Source of the DNA: Oopsacas minuta
Taxonomy: Eukaryota > Animalia > Porifera
DNA length: 64,000 nucleotides
Direction of reading: 5' to 3'
NCBI GenBank assembly: GCA_024704765.1
Contig: JAKMXF010000011.1
Span: forward strand, 1-64,000
Position numbers and translations under genes: made by a program
The notes under the pieces: generated by a model
Seen by the model: the letters and a program-made list of their open reading frames with translations, nothing else
Database searches by the model: none
What the model was told of the DNA's origin: nothing
Shown here: in pieces, positions 25,610 to 37,655 of the stretch
Layout: the number at the start of each line of letters is the position of its first letter
Position numbering within the stretch: the stretch's first letter is position 1

Positions 25610-26651
25610 ATGACACAGATGATTCCACTATTTCTCGCAGAAGAAGAAACCTCTTCCTCAATGGCACGTCAACGAGTTTTCAGGGATCTCAATGATCCCC
25701 TAGATTGTTATGATGATATGGAACTTGTTCGACGTTTCCGTTTCTCTAGAGTTTCAATATCTAAAATTACAGAGTTGATAGCTAACTATTTGAATTTCAC
25801 CGAGCGTTCTTGTGCTGCTTCCCCTCACTTGCAAGTTTGTGTGGCACTTCAGTTTTTCGCTTCTGGAACGTTCCAGATAATTTGCGGGGATGGGATAAAC
25901 GTAAGCCAAGCTTCTGCCTCTCGTTATATCCGAGATGTTTCTCTGGGTTTGCAAGCTATATACCATCAGTTTGTTAGTTTGCCTGGTCTCAAGAGGGTAG
26001 AAGTTAAAACAAGTTTTATGAAATTGCTCACTTTCCAGGCGTAGTAGGATTAGTTGACGGAACACACATACGAATCCAAAGACCCTCGGAAAATGAAGCA
26101 GATTATATAAATCGGCATTTTTACCACTCAATTAATGTCCAAGCTATTTGCCAACCAGATGGAATGTTAAGTGATGTATTGGCACGTTTTCCTGGGTCTG
26201 TTCACGATTCACGGATTTGGAAGAATTCAGGTGTTGGGATGCATGTTGAAAATACCTTTTCAATAGGGGGCATATATTAGGAGATAGCGGTTACATGATG
26301 AGGCCATATTTACTCACTCCTTATCGCCAACCAATATCTACACCCCAATTTAACTACAACTATGCACATAAGAGGACAAGGGTTATTGTTGAACAGACAT
26401 TTGGGCGATGGAAACGAAGATTCCACTGTCTTCATGGAGAGCTCAGGATGAGTCCAGATAAAGTTTGTTCCATCATAGTTGCTTGTGCAGTATTGCATAA
26501 CATAGCAATACAGTGGAAACAACCTCTCTTAGAAGATGAAGTCTCCGATTATTCCTATCCGGATGATGTTCTTGACTTTGAAGAAACTGTTGGGCATTTG
26601 GCATCAAAGCATTACAGGGATCAATTTTCTATTCATAATTTCAGCAACTAA
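25610..26651 (+). pseudogene. Harbinger (HARBI1-like) DDE transposase, frameshifted
   Basis: ALQFFASGTFQ, GLVDGTHIRI, ARFPGSVHDSRIW, LGDSGY, LLTPY, and AHKRTRVIVEQTFGRWKRRFHCL. Confidence 0.92.
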
Positions 26652-26748
26652 ATTCACATAGTATATATGTTGTGATGTAGATATGTAAACATTTTGCACA
26701 GTTAGTGATTATAAGGTAACATGGAAATTGTATTTTTGAAAAATCTAT

Positions 26749-26843
26749 GTAGGGTGTTGGTCTTTGTAGTTTTAAAACATCTAAGTAGGGTGTTGGTCTT
26801 TGTAGTTTTGAAACATCTAAGTAGGATGTTGGTCTTTGTAGTT
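26749..26843. repeat. 36-bp tandem repeat, 2.6 copies, between the two Harbinger genes
   Basis: gtagggtgttggtctttgtagttttaaaacatctaa begins at 26749, 26785 and 26821. Confidence 0.9.
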
Positions 26844-26952
26844 GGATATTTATTTGTGAAATGTATCAAGTATCGCACTTGAATTGGGAGCTAGTTGTTG
26901 CATTATGAAAACTATAAATTGGTGGCGGTTATTGATATTCCAAAGCAAGAGT

Positions 26953-27651
26953 ATGGACAAAGGTCGCAAAGTAAATTGGACAAAGGAGGAGGAGTATACA
27001 CTCATTGAGGCAATCCAGGATGCTGGAGATATATTGAGAGGTATTGCTGGTCAGTGCGCGGAGATAAACAAAAAAAGACGAGGCTTTGGAACAATGTTAT
27101 GAGGAAAATCAATTCTATCCATGGCAACAACCGAGATGTAAAAGATATAAAAAAAGAAGTGGAACAATCTAAAAGGTTCCGCAAAAGCCCGTGTGGATTC
27201 CAGTCGAAGGGAAGCGAGGAGGACAGGAGGAGGGCCAAATGAAGCTGGTGAAGTGGAGGATGAAGACATCCGCATCCTTAGCTCCGATAGGGAAATATCT
27301 ACATCTGTGACGGAGAGAGTATCACAGATGTTCTCAAGTACGCCAGCGTTCTCTGGAATATGTGGTAGTGTTGATATGTTTCAAGCCCCAACAACATTGC
27401 CTTCACACACTGAGATTAGCGAAAGCAGAGAAGTAACACTAGTGTTTGAGGGACCAGAAGTTACTGTAGTTAACAGTCATCCAGAGAGAAGGTATAGGCG
27501 TAAGAGGAGCATCGAACAGTCAACAAAGGTCTCTGATTTACTTCCTCTGCAACGAGAAGTGCTCCTTAAACAGATGGAAGTATTCTCGGCTCAACTACAA
27601 CTGATTGAAGAGCAGAGGGAGTATTATCGTCATAAAAGCAGAGACTTTTAG
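26953..27651 (+). pseudogene. Myb/SANT-like DNA-binding partner of Harbinger (MSANTD/NAIF1-like)
   Basis: MDKGRKVNWTKEEEYTLIEAI...KTRLWNNVMRKINSIHGNNRDVKDIKKKWNNLKGSAKARVDSSRREARRTGGG, reconstructed across two opposite single-base shifts in A-tracts (~27070, ~27155). Confidence 0.85.
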
Positions 27652-28255
27652 AAAAGATCAACAGCAGCAGCTTTAGATATACGATTTAGTCATATTGTAA
27701 CATCATAGAAAATCATAATTTATAGTGAAAGTATGAATTAATCAAAGAAAACGAGTGACTGAAGTGATTACATCAATGTTATCGCTTAATATACGTTTGG
27801 AAACTTAAAATAGAGCTTGAATAACTTAAGCAACCTCGGTAGGTTACTTAACTTTTGTATTTAAGTACATACCTAAGTATGAGCTTAAATCTTAGTGAAT
27901 ACGGTTTAAGTATGTACTTAGCACTTAAGTACTAAGTACATACTTAAGTATGCTTAGTGAATACGGCCCATGACATAAGAATCCAATGATGAGTTAGCTT
28001 TTGGTCAGAATCATGAAGCCTAAATGTGTGGTATATTGAGGGGTACCTATGATTTACATTTCAAACTTCTATCATGTACGTATATTGGCTGAGCAGTCCT
28101 TAATGATGTGATTATTCGATAAACCAAAGTTGTCATAATTTCGTCATAGGTGTGAATTTTCGTCTAAGACTCAAATTTTTCGAGCCAGACCCAAAATACC
28201 CCTGTATTCCAAATCTGCCCTGGGATCCTCCAATTTCTTCAATCAATTCTGGACA

Positions 28256-28312
28256 TACAATATATATGTAGATATATATACATATATATTTATAGAGAGA
28301 GAGAGCGAGAGA
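28256..28312. repeat. (TA)n/(GA)n compound microsatellite
   Basis: Direct reading of the sequence. Confidence 0.7.
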
Positions 28313-29649
28313 GATTAAATGCCTTTAAGGACTGGCAATGTAGCATATATAAAAATTATTTCAGAAATCATTCTTTTAAGAATGATTAGTTTTTATTCAC
28401 CTACAGGTGTTGTCTCCAATTTTATGAATATTTATTTACAGAGTCAATTTTACTATAACTTTGTTTGACATTTTCTATTCAGCAGCAGCAAAAATATATG
28501 TAATAGATATACTCCATGGTCCAAAATGCCATATCAACTTATTAATTGACAACATGTATCGGTTTTGATTCCAAATTTTTTTGTCAGACAATATCCATAT
28601 TCACTAAATATGGTTGTATTTTATTCATGATGATGCTTCATACTAAATGTACATATGTTCCACAATTCAACTCCCACATCAATTTTCACAGTACGTACTT
28701 GTCAATTTGGTGGACATGATTTAGTATCCGTCCATAAACTCTACTAGATTCAGAAACACATTCATTTCCCCCTTTTTGAAATCGGTGGCTTAGAAGGTAT
28801 GGTTTACTGTATATTTTATGATATATTCCTTACAACTTCAAAAGCATTTATGACAAACTTAGCGAATCTAAATTATGTATAGTCCACTCCGCTTAATAGC
28901 ATTATCTAGTTGATCCGGGTAAATACGAAGAGGTGAGAGTACGTCTGCCCGGCAAGCTACATTTGAGTTACAATAACATGGCCTCCAGAGAATCAGATTA
29001 TTTAATTCTCTTTCATCGACTATTTAATATTTTACACTAACCAACATATGCTTACTGCAAAATTCTACTTGCTACCTTAGTCCAACCATGGTTTAACAAG
29101 GCTAGGCCAACCATAGCCGAGATTAATCTACTCGCATCGCAATCGTCAATCTTTACCATTCTCCAAACATGTTTGGAGTAATTACAGTTTGGATTGTCTT
29201 TTACTCTAACTGATAGATAATGAATAATTCGAGATGTGTTTTAACCATTACTATCCGAAAATCGCCATTAGTGCGTTGTTTCTGCTAGCTCCTGCGGAAG
29301 GCTTTTTCTAGGTATCTTCGGCCCCTTTACAAATTTATCATTGAATGGTAGAAGTAAGCGTGGGGGTGCTCTATGCAGCCTGCGAGCATTTCATGCCCTT
29401 TGAACTTCTGGTATTACTTGTAATCTTATTTACCTTCTGTGTGTCCACACCCTTAGAGATTAAGACACCATATTTGGAATGTATACTCCTAGTGAGAATT
29501 AGTTATCATCAGGTAATCACTAGATTATGTAAGGGATAGCGTTAAGCGTGGGTAGTGGTAGTGATCGAAATAGTTTTCCGCTGAATAGCATGGCCGGATA
29601 TTCTACCTACCGATTAATTATCAAAAGATTCGATAGAGCTAAACCGTTT

Positions 29650-30316
29650 ATATTTAGGAAATAATTTGGCCTGAAACAACGTCAGAGCAATTGTTACATA
29701 ATACCCAATCGGTTGATTCTTTCCAAGTTTCGTCTTTGTCACAGGTTCTGGTTCTTTCTTGTGGCATATACTGCACAGGGTATCCGTCTCGTCCAAGCTG
29801 CTGGTTGAGCTAGAAGATCGTAAGTAACAGGAGAAACGCCACGCTCCTTCATACCTCTCTTCACTCCAGTACCTCCTCTACCTGTTATAACGATCCGCCC
29901 TCGAGCCTGATACACTTCTTCTATGGGGAATTCTCAGCCCAACTCCCTCCCTCTATAGCTTCTTCTGCCTTCTGCTTTCAATAGGGCACTCTCTCTTTGT
30001 TGCTTGAATAGTCTCGCTCTTCTTCTTCGTCTTTGATAATTCAACTTATTCTGAGCTCATCGAGAATAATCTGACCAGTATTCTCGTTTCAGAATTGCAC
30101 TATAAGTCCGCCAAGAGGGAGACAGGCCAAAGTCAGTTAGGATTCTCAATAGTGAAAGTTCGACTTGCATTTGGGACAGAGACTCCATATAGTGTTATGT
30201 AAGGATTCATTAGCATTTTGAGTCACTCCTAATGGCAGAATGCTACATAATTCTTCTGTCGCATGAGTATAGAATACTTCTTTCACCTTTCTATGTCAAT
30301 TGGTTTGAAGGTTGTT
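29650..30316 (-). pseudogene. C-terminal part of a Kolobok/Mutator-like transposase, with catalytic E region, basic tail and degenerate PHD finger
   Basis: KEVFYTHATEELCSILPLGVTQNANESLHNTIWSLCPK (30290-30160), then CSICHKKEPE...DWVLCNNC (29790-29690, frameshifted). It joins in frame-consistent fashion with 38294+ once Transib C is removed (SWCLLRNPSGSSASTALT|TFKPIDIE). Confidence 0.72.
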
Positions 30317-31050
30317 CACAGTGGTTTAATAGGGAAGTTAGTAAAGAATAGCTATTTTGGTGTGAGATAGCCATATGAAATGTATTATTTACATATCCAT
30401 TATTATATATAAGGAACCAATACATCTTGTCATAACAAGTATATGGCCCAAAATTTCCAAGTTATGACGTCATTGATACATGTGAAATTTTAAATTTTCT
30501 TCAATAAATACATTTTACTCGACTTTATCGCCATGAAATCTATTGATTACATATGGGTTATCCGTATTTGGCAATCAGCTTGAACTTAAAATTTTGTTGT
30601 AGGGCTTGTATTTATAGAGTCATGATGTCTTCAGAATTATGACATTACACTTATGATGGAATTTATCTTATTGATTTACAAAATATACCTTATATTCATA
30701 CTTAAGTTCATGATTGGCAATCTGCATTAGAGGTTAAAGTCATGAATAAAGTCTGTATACAAGTTTTCTGATTGTTCATAGCATTGCAGCATTTAGATCT
30801 CGTCATGTGTCTAGATTGACCACATCGTTCACAAGTCAAAATTCTTCGATAGTTTACTAAGATTAGATCACTTTGAGAGGTTAATCTGACGAAGATATCC
30901 ATAATATTTGTCTCAAAAGTAACTTTACGAGCTAAATTCTCCCGATATTTTCTAACTAATTTGTTCCATGATTCCATGCCTTCTTCTGAAAATGCCTTTA
31001 AGCCATAGCTAGAATTCGATTGACGTATTAACTCCTCGGAATGGGTCAAG

Positions 31051-34000
31051 CACAGTGGCTTAAAATGGAAGTTAGTAAAGAATGGGTACTTCCAGTTGAA
31101 ATATATATATATAATGTATTATCAGCATATAGGGTATCATATGGCGCATTCAAAATTTTTATAAGGTTTCTATATATCATGTTCTGACGTCATAGCTTTG
31201 TGCTGAATTTTGTTTTCTTTAATATCTGATTGTATAACAATGTTAGCCCTATAAATTGTATTATTTGAGTATAGTATATCATATCCATGGAAGCAATTGC
31301 AACTGTTAGAAATATAAAATTACTTATAAATTTATATAATGACGTCATACACAATTTTTTCATATTTTTGCTTTTGTACTTCATACTTCTAAATGCGTTT
31401 TTAGAAATTATTCATATCTTTTGCTAATATATATATATCAATTCTAACAATTTCTGGATAAAACAATAAGCAATTGTATTTAGGGATGTTTTATTTTTAT
31501 TTTTTATTTGCTAACATTCAGCAAACTACGTTGTTACAATATCATATCAATAATAAGGCCCTTAACGATATTATCAATAGATGATTCTAATAAATCTGTT
31601 GCATTGTCTCTACAGCACTTAGCTCTCCCGGTATGACCGTGTTCTCCGCACTTTGCGTACACCACTGTCGATCGATATTTCATTAACACAGGATCGCTTT
31701 CAGATGAGAGTCCGACAAATTTATCAACAACACTATCCTTGAAGGAATTTTTTCTTGCTAGATTTTCCCTATATTTCCTGATTAATTTGTTGCAGGCTTC
31801 GGATCCTTCTTCGCTAAAGCATTTCAATCAATACCCAAAGTTCATCTCTCTCAGTATTTCTTCAGAATGGGCTAGTAATTTATGTAAAGTCGGTGTAATG
31901 TTTACCCAGAAAAGGATTGAAAAATAAGGAAATAGGTATCCGTACAAAGGTTACCCAATTCTTCTGTATTGATTTTTCTGTCTGAATTTATGATTCTCAG
32001 AATGACAGATAATTATGTGTGCAATTTACAAAGTGAGTCCCTATGATTAATCTTAACCAAAGACATTGTGCATTCAATAAACTTGGAGTCATTTGAAAAA
32101 GCTCTTCGAGCCACACCGCCAGTGGAAGTAGAACCTCCTTTGGGGTCTGGTTGGTCTCATCTTAGACTTGTTACTCCTTGAACTATGGTTCGCATATCCA
32201 TCATAGAGTCTTTAATTTCTTTTGATGATGGTGACCATGTGAGCTTGTTACAATTCAGGTGGTACACAAGTAAATTTAACCATCTAAAAATGCACGTATA
32301 GGAATGTAAGGGAGAAGCAGGTAGAATATCTATTGTTGATAATGGCTGGTGAGTCAGGTTAAATCTTTGATTTTTTGGTAATGAAAAGAAATCATCAATG
32401 TCTTCCAGTTCTCCAAATAATTGAATGGCATCTGAAATGTTTCTATTGATGGGATAGCCTAGCAAAATTGACTCACGATCTTTTAGTTCTTTCTGCGTTG
32501 CAGTACATAGTTGGCAACTTGAACCTCCTGCTCCTGAGAGAATACTTGCCATTTTACCATCAAACATTGATTGGACAACATCGACAAATATATGTTTATC
32601 ATCGGCAAAATAGAAACCTTGGTCCCTCATTTGATCTGTTTCGGGATTGATGATATCTTTCATAATTTGACGAATATTGTCATGATTATCTGTGGCAGCA
32701 AGAAGGAAAATTGGACGTTGGGAGAATGGAGAATTCGGGCAGTTGTTTTTCCAAGGTTCCTTTCCACTAGAATTGACAATGTGTATTGCTTTGAAGCAAA
32801 ATAGGATGACCGATTTGGTAGACATATTCGTATTTGGTTGATTATATACAGTATGCTTTCCAGATCCATCTAAGTCATCAGCAATTTGAAATCGGAGAGG
32901 ACAATCCTCATTTGAAGGGGACGGTAGAGTGGACATAATTCTACGATAATGTATGGTAGACGAATTGAGCGTATGGCACAGACACACCAGCTGGGGCTGT
33001 AGGATTCAGGTATAGTTGAATCATACTTCGTAGTACTAAATTATTTCGACGATCGGCCACCCTTTGATATGTAGAAAAGTGAATTTCATTAGATAACAAA
33101 GTTGTCGTAGTAGAGTATACTTCCTCTTGCTAATCTCTAGTAGATCCAAAAGAAATAATGCCTTGTCCACATCCAATTCTTTGCTTTTGGATGCACGCCC
33201 GAATTGACCATCGAATTTTCCCTGCACAATTGATTTAGATACCCTTGCAACTTCTCGATTGTCTTCTTCATTGCACAAAAATTGCAAAGGAAGAGCTGCA
33301 ATTGTAATTTCAGAAGTTTTTTCAATTACCGAGATGGACTTGATAGACTCAAGGACACTAGAGATCCGGGAACGCTGATGTTTCAATGAAAGATTGATAA
33401 GTTCTTTCTTTTGGCGCACCGACCTAGTTTTGTGGGGGGCCTGCGAGGCTACAAATAATTCTGAGCAAATTTTCGAATGCCACCAATCTCCATGCAAAGA
33501 TTCAAGAGACTTTTTGAAGTTCTAATCATATCTCGTATTCTACGTAGAATCAATTCAAGTTTGGCCTGCTTGGCATCGTCTAATCCATGGAGATTGCTAA
33601 GATAACAGAGAGTTGTTTGGGCGCAATTGCCATTGCTTTCATGATTCTCGCTAAATCGAGACGGGATTCGGGGATGTCATCGGAGCAATTGGTTCAGCCA
33701 TTGATCACGGATACATTATCTGAGAAAATATAGGTGTATGATTGAAACATAAGTACACGTATATACACACGTATATATGTTTAATTTTGTGCAGTAATTT
33801 CCAAGAAGATTTAGGATTAGTTGGGTATTCAATTATATAGTTACAGATATCACTTTAGGAATGTCCATAGCAACGATTACAGACAATGGAATGTGACTAA
33901 AAAATCAAAGTTGCGCAGTGTTTCGGGCCTCTCATCTTCATATAACATAGTATAAATGTAAACAACAACTGGTACTATTTTCGCTTTGACGTTTCTTGAC

Positions 34001-34417
34001 TTTTTCTTTTCAGACACTTCAAAAATTTTATCAAATGGAAAAATGGAGTTCATTTTTTACCTTGGGTACAACAATCCTTCACATGAAAAGTACACAGTTT
34101 AGAATATATCTGATAAAAAATTTGAAATCAGTACGCAAAATTGTCTAGAATAGACGAAACAATAGATCACTAATATATTCTATACAGAATCAGAATCAAT
34201 ATGAATATCTTTTATATTTTGAATTCTCCGAAACGATAATTTCAGCATCAAAAACCACAAAGTTTCGATCCAAATTTTACATAACTAATAGGCTACCAAA
34301 TGATTCGAAAATTGGAATGGATGCAACTTGAATGTTTAGAAACACAATGAAACCATAAAGGAATGAAAGCATTAATATATACAAAATTTCTTAATTCTTT
34401 ACAACTAAGCCACTGTA
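31051..34417 (-). mobile_element. Transib/RAG1-like transposon B (3367 bp)
   Basis: 5-bp TSD TCAAG/CCAAG (31046-50 / 34418-22). Left end CACAGTG+17+GTAAAGAAT; right end (rc) TACAGTG+8+GTAAAGAAT. Confidence 0.92.
31534..33700 (-). pseudogene. RAG1-core-like (Transib) transposase B
   Basis: KKELINLSLKHQRSRI (NBD-like), QIADDLDGSG, SMFDGKMASILSGAGGSSCQLC, PLHSY, STSTGGVARR, FSEEGSEACNKLIRKYRENLARK, and a tail YAKCGEHGHTGRAKCC. Frameshifts and stops are present; the start position is approximate. Confidence 0.88.
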
Positions 34418-36342
34418 CCAAGAGCTTGTGCAGGGTTAGAGTCATGCTAGCCCAGGGGAAAGAATCTAAGATGACAAGGTAGGTATCCTTGCACAATTTC
34501 CCCAATTCCAAAGTGTTAACCTTGTGACTTGAATTGAAAACCCGAAGAATGGCTGAAAGCTGAGTATGTATCTTTGATAAGATTGGGCGATGTTGTAATG
34601 CTACGGTTGATAGAATGCATTCAAGGTATTCAGTTTCATCCGAAAAGGCTCTTCTAGCAACATTCCTGTTGAGGTGGTTACACAGCTAGAATTAGGCTGG
34701 TCAACCTTTAATCCTGTCTTCTCCTAAATAAATGTTTGAAGGAATTCCATTGACTCCTTGATAACTGTGAAGTTGGGGACCAGGTAAACTTTTCGATGCG
34801 AAGATGATATACCAGAAAATTCAACCACCTAAAATTTGTTTAATTATGTGAAGATAAGTTCTGGATGATTAATGGAGTACTAGATTACTTACCTAAATAC
34901 GCATATGTATGAATGAAGTGGAAATGCTGGATGTATGATAATCTCTGAAATTGATTGATGAGTTAAATTGAAGCGTTCATTAGTCGAAAGAGCAAAGAAC
35001 GACTCAATGTCATCAATGTGCGAAAATAACTCGATAGCATCTGTAATATTTCTGTTGATGGGGAACCCTTCAAGAACTAAATTCCGGTCCTTCAAATCTT
35101 TATGTGTGGCAGTGCACATCTGACAACTGGCTCCTCCGCTCCAGAGAGAAGGGCTGCCAACTTCCCATCAAACATTGAGCGGAGAATATCGACATTGACA
35201 ACACCATTTTCTAAAGGAATCCCATTTTTGCAACATCGGTGTATCGAGATCAATCATACTTTCCATGAAGGAACGAATATTTTCCTCGCATTCTGTCGCA
35301 GCGCAGAGAAAAACAGGCCTTTGAGAGAAGGGTGAATTAGGGGGATTTATTCTGCCAAACAATCCTGTTTGTTACCGTATGGATGGAGATGGGCTTGAAA
35401 CAAAACAGAACGAAGTTTTGGTGAAAGTATTAGTTGTCTGCTGGTTGTAGATAGTGCAACAACCAGAACCATCCAAGCCATCTGCGATTTTAAATGTGAG
35501 TGTGAATTCTTCACTTGTGGGGTGATCTACCATTGACCATATTCTTTCCAAGGTTTCTGAACTTGAAAAAAATATTGTGCGTGTATACCTATTGGTTTTA
35601 GCTGGATTAGGGTATAAAGTTATACTGGATCGCGAAATCATGGCATCTAGCTAACTTGCTGTAAGATGGGAAATGTATATTGTCTGATAGAAGTGTCTGA
35701 CATAGTTGAGTGTATTTTCGTCTGCCCACTTCAAGTAAATCCAGCAGGATAAGGCTTTATCACCTGGAACATGCTTGTTACTGAGGTTACAGAATCCTTC
35801 ATTGACAATAATCTATTTCGCTACCATAACAACCTGATGATTATCCTCCTCATTTGCCAATAGTTGTAATGAACGTGCTGCAATGCTTATTTCTGTAGTA
35901 TTATCAATAACTGAAATGACTTAATGCATTCTAACAGATTTGACAATCGAGTACGCTGTTGCTTCAGAGAGAGATCATCAAGATGCTTCTATGTCTCACT
36001 GAATGAATAGGAACTTCACCATCGTCAGAAGACGACTCTAGTAAATCAGAAATACGGTTTTTCTATAACTCAGGTTTCATGGAAATGTTAGAATGCCACC
36101 ATTCTCCTTCTAAACAATCCAAAGATCTCTTCGCCTACTTGAATCTGTCCCGAATTCTTAACAGCAAGGTTTCCAAGAGTTTCCTATTATCAGAGTCTAT
36201 TTCAAAGTGTTTTTTGAAATATTATGTCTTTTCAAAGATACACTATTATTGTCTTTCAGGATTCTTGCCGATTCAAGGCAGGACTTTGGGAAAGTTAACT
36301 CTTCTGTCATTGTTTTCAAGAAATTCTGAAAAATATATTGTA

Positions 36343-37655
36343 CAGGGTTGGGCATAAGTTCTGCCACAATATTATAATCCAGCCAAAAATTATTCCATTA
36401 GTTATTTGTATCTGTCATTTAGCTCAAACTTTGTTATAATATATATTTTTCACTCTTTCCCTGAAATTTTATATTATCTTAGCCTTTTGAAGCGATAATT
36501 GGTCATGGAGCAAGAGAGGTCGAAAATCATTGAATTATTTCAAGCAGGAAAAAATCCTTCAGAAATCTTCAATCTTCTGAAATTCCCTAATAGCAGAAGG
36601 AAGTTCATTACTCGAACTATTGAGCGATATGAAGTGACTGACGGGATTACTGATAAACCAAGATCTGGCCGTCCACGGTCTGTAACGACACAAAGGCTTA
36701 AAAAAGTAGTACGTCAACGAATTCGCCGAAATCCCCGCCGGTCCATGAGCAAAATGGCCAAAGAACTAAGAGTTTCACGTAGATCAATCGGACGAGTTGT
36801 TAAAAATGACTTGCATATGCGCTCTTTCAAGAGAAAGAGAGTCCATCACATCACGACCCTAGTGAAGGCAAAAAGAGCATCGAGAAGCAAGGGACTTCTT
36901 AAGAGGCACGCGATCCATGGTCTCAATTCATTCCTGTTCTCAGATGAGAAATTATTCACCATTGAGGAAGCAACGAACCCTCAAAATGATCGCATTATCT
37001 CATCCTCAATTTCTTCTATCCCAGAAGAACTTCGATATGTCAGCCGTATACAAAAGCCACTTTCAGTCATGGTTTGGGCGGGAATATCATCAATTGGCCG
37101 GACACCACTCATATTCGTGCCTGCTGGCGTAAAAATCGACACCCGAACCTACCGTGAGCTTATTTTAGAACCTGTAATACAAGATCTCTCTAAAACTATG
37201 TTTTCTGGGAAACCTTTCGTGTTCCAACAAGATGGTGCTCCAGCCCACACATCGAATGCCACTCAGGCCTGGCTTCGAAGCAATAATCCAGATTTTATTC
37301 AAAAGGAAGAATGGCCACCATACAGCCCCGATTTAAATCCAATGGATTATTCTATCTGGTCCATTTTGGAAACGAGGGCATGTTTGAAGTCTCACACCAA
37401 TATAGACTCTCTGAAAAAGTCTTTGTGTCGAGAATGGGAGAGAATACCCCAAGAAATACTCCGTGCCGCTGTAGAGGCCTTCCCTAAGAGACTAAAGGCT
37501 GTAATTGAAAGAAAAGGAGGATACATCGAATAATTAACGTATCTGCGAATCTATATACTATATTTAGTAGTACATACCGAATTTCAACATAATACAATAT
37601 ATCAATCGGAAAATATAGTTTTTTAAAAATGTGGCAGAACTTATGCCCAACCCTG
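36343..37655 (+). mobile_element. maT (DD37D) transposon, complete and apparently intact (1313 bp)
   Basis: Perfect 26-bp TIRs cagggttgggcataagttctgccaca (36343-68 / 37630-55) with TA TSD. It is inserted ~30 bp upstream of the putative ATG of Transib C. Confidence 0.96.
36505..37533 (+). CDS. maT DD37D transposase, 342 aa, uninterrupted
   Basis: First ATG at 36505. Paired HTH region with RSGRPR, FLFSDEKLF, FQQDGAPAH, and WPPYSPDLNPMDYSIW (37 residues between the second and third D); ends GGYIE*. Confidence 0.95.
   Translation: MEQERSKIIELFQAGKNPSEIFNLLKFPNSRRKFITRTIERYEVTDGITDKPRSGRPRSVTTQRLKKVVRQRIRRNPRRSMSKMAKELRVSRRSIGRVVKNDLHMRSFKRKRVHHITTLVKAKRASRSKGLLKRHAIHGLNSFLFSDEKLFTIEEATNPQNDRIISSSISSIPEELRYVSRIQKPLSVMVWAGISSIGRTPLIFVPAGVKIDTRTYRELILEPVIQDLSKTMFSGKPFVFQQDGAPAHTSNATQAWLRSNNPDFIQKEEWPPYSPDLNPMDYSIWSILETRACLKSHTNIDSLKKSLCREWERIPQEILRAAVEAFPKRLKAVIERKGGYIE

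Larger units (their letters stand above)
25172..27969 (+). mobile_element. PIF/Harbinger transposon (two-gene)
   Basis: TIRs (ca)gccgtattcactaagcatactta / taagtatgcttagtgaatacggc(cc), 3-bp TSD ATG (25169-71 / 27970-72), and subterminal arrays of acttaagt/aagtatgtactt. Confidence 0.9.

Noticed and set aside
26749-26843. 36-bp repeats resembling a CRISPR array
   Set aside because: The units are directly adjacent with no unique spacers, there are no cas genes, and the context is eukaryotic. It is an ordinary minisatellite.
29690-29790. PHD-like motif next to Transib C as a RAG2 PHD remnant
   Set aside because: It is outside the Transib C TIR and TSD and is colinear with the Kolobok/Mutator-like transposase that C interrupted. 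No Kelch repeats are nearby.
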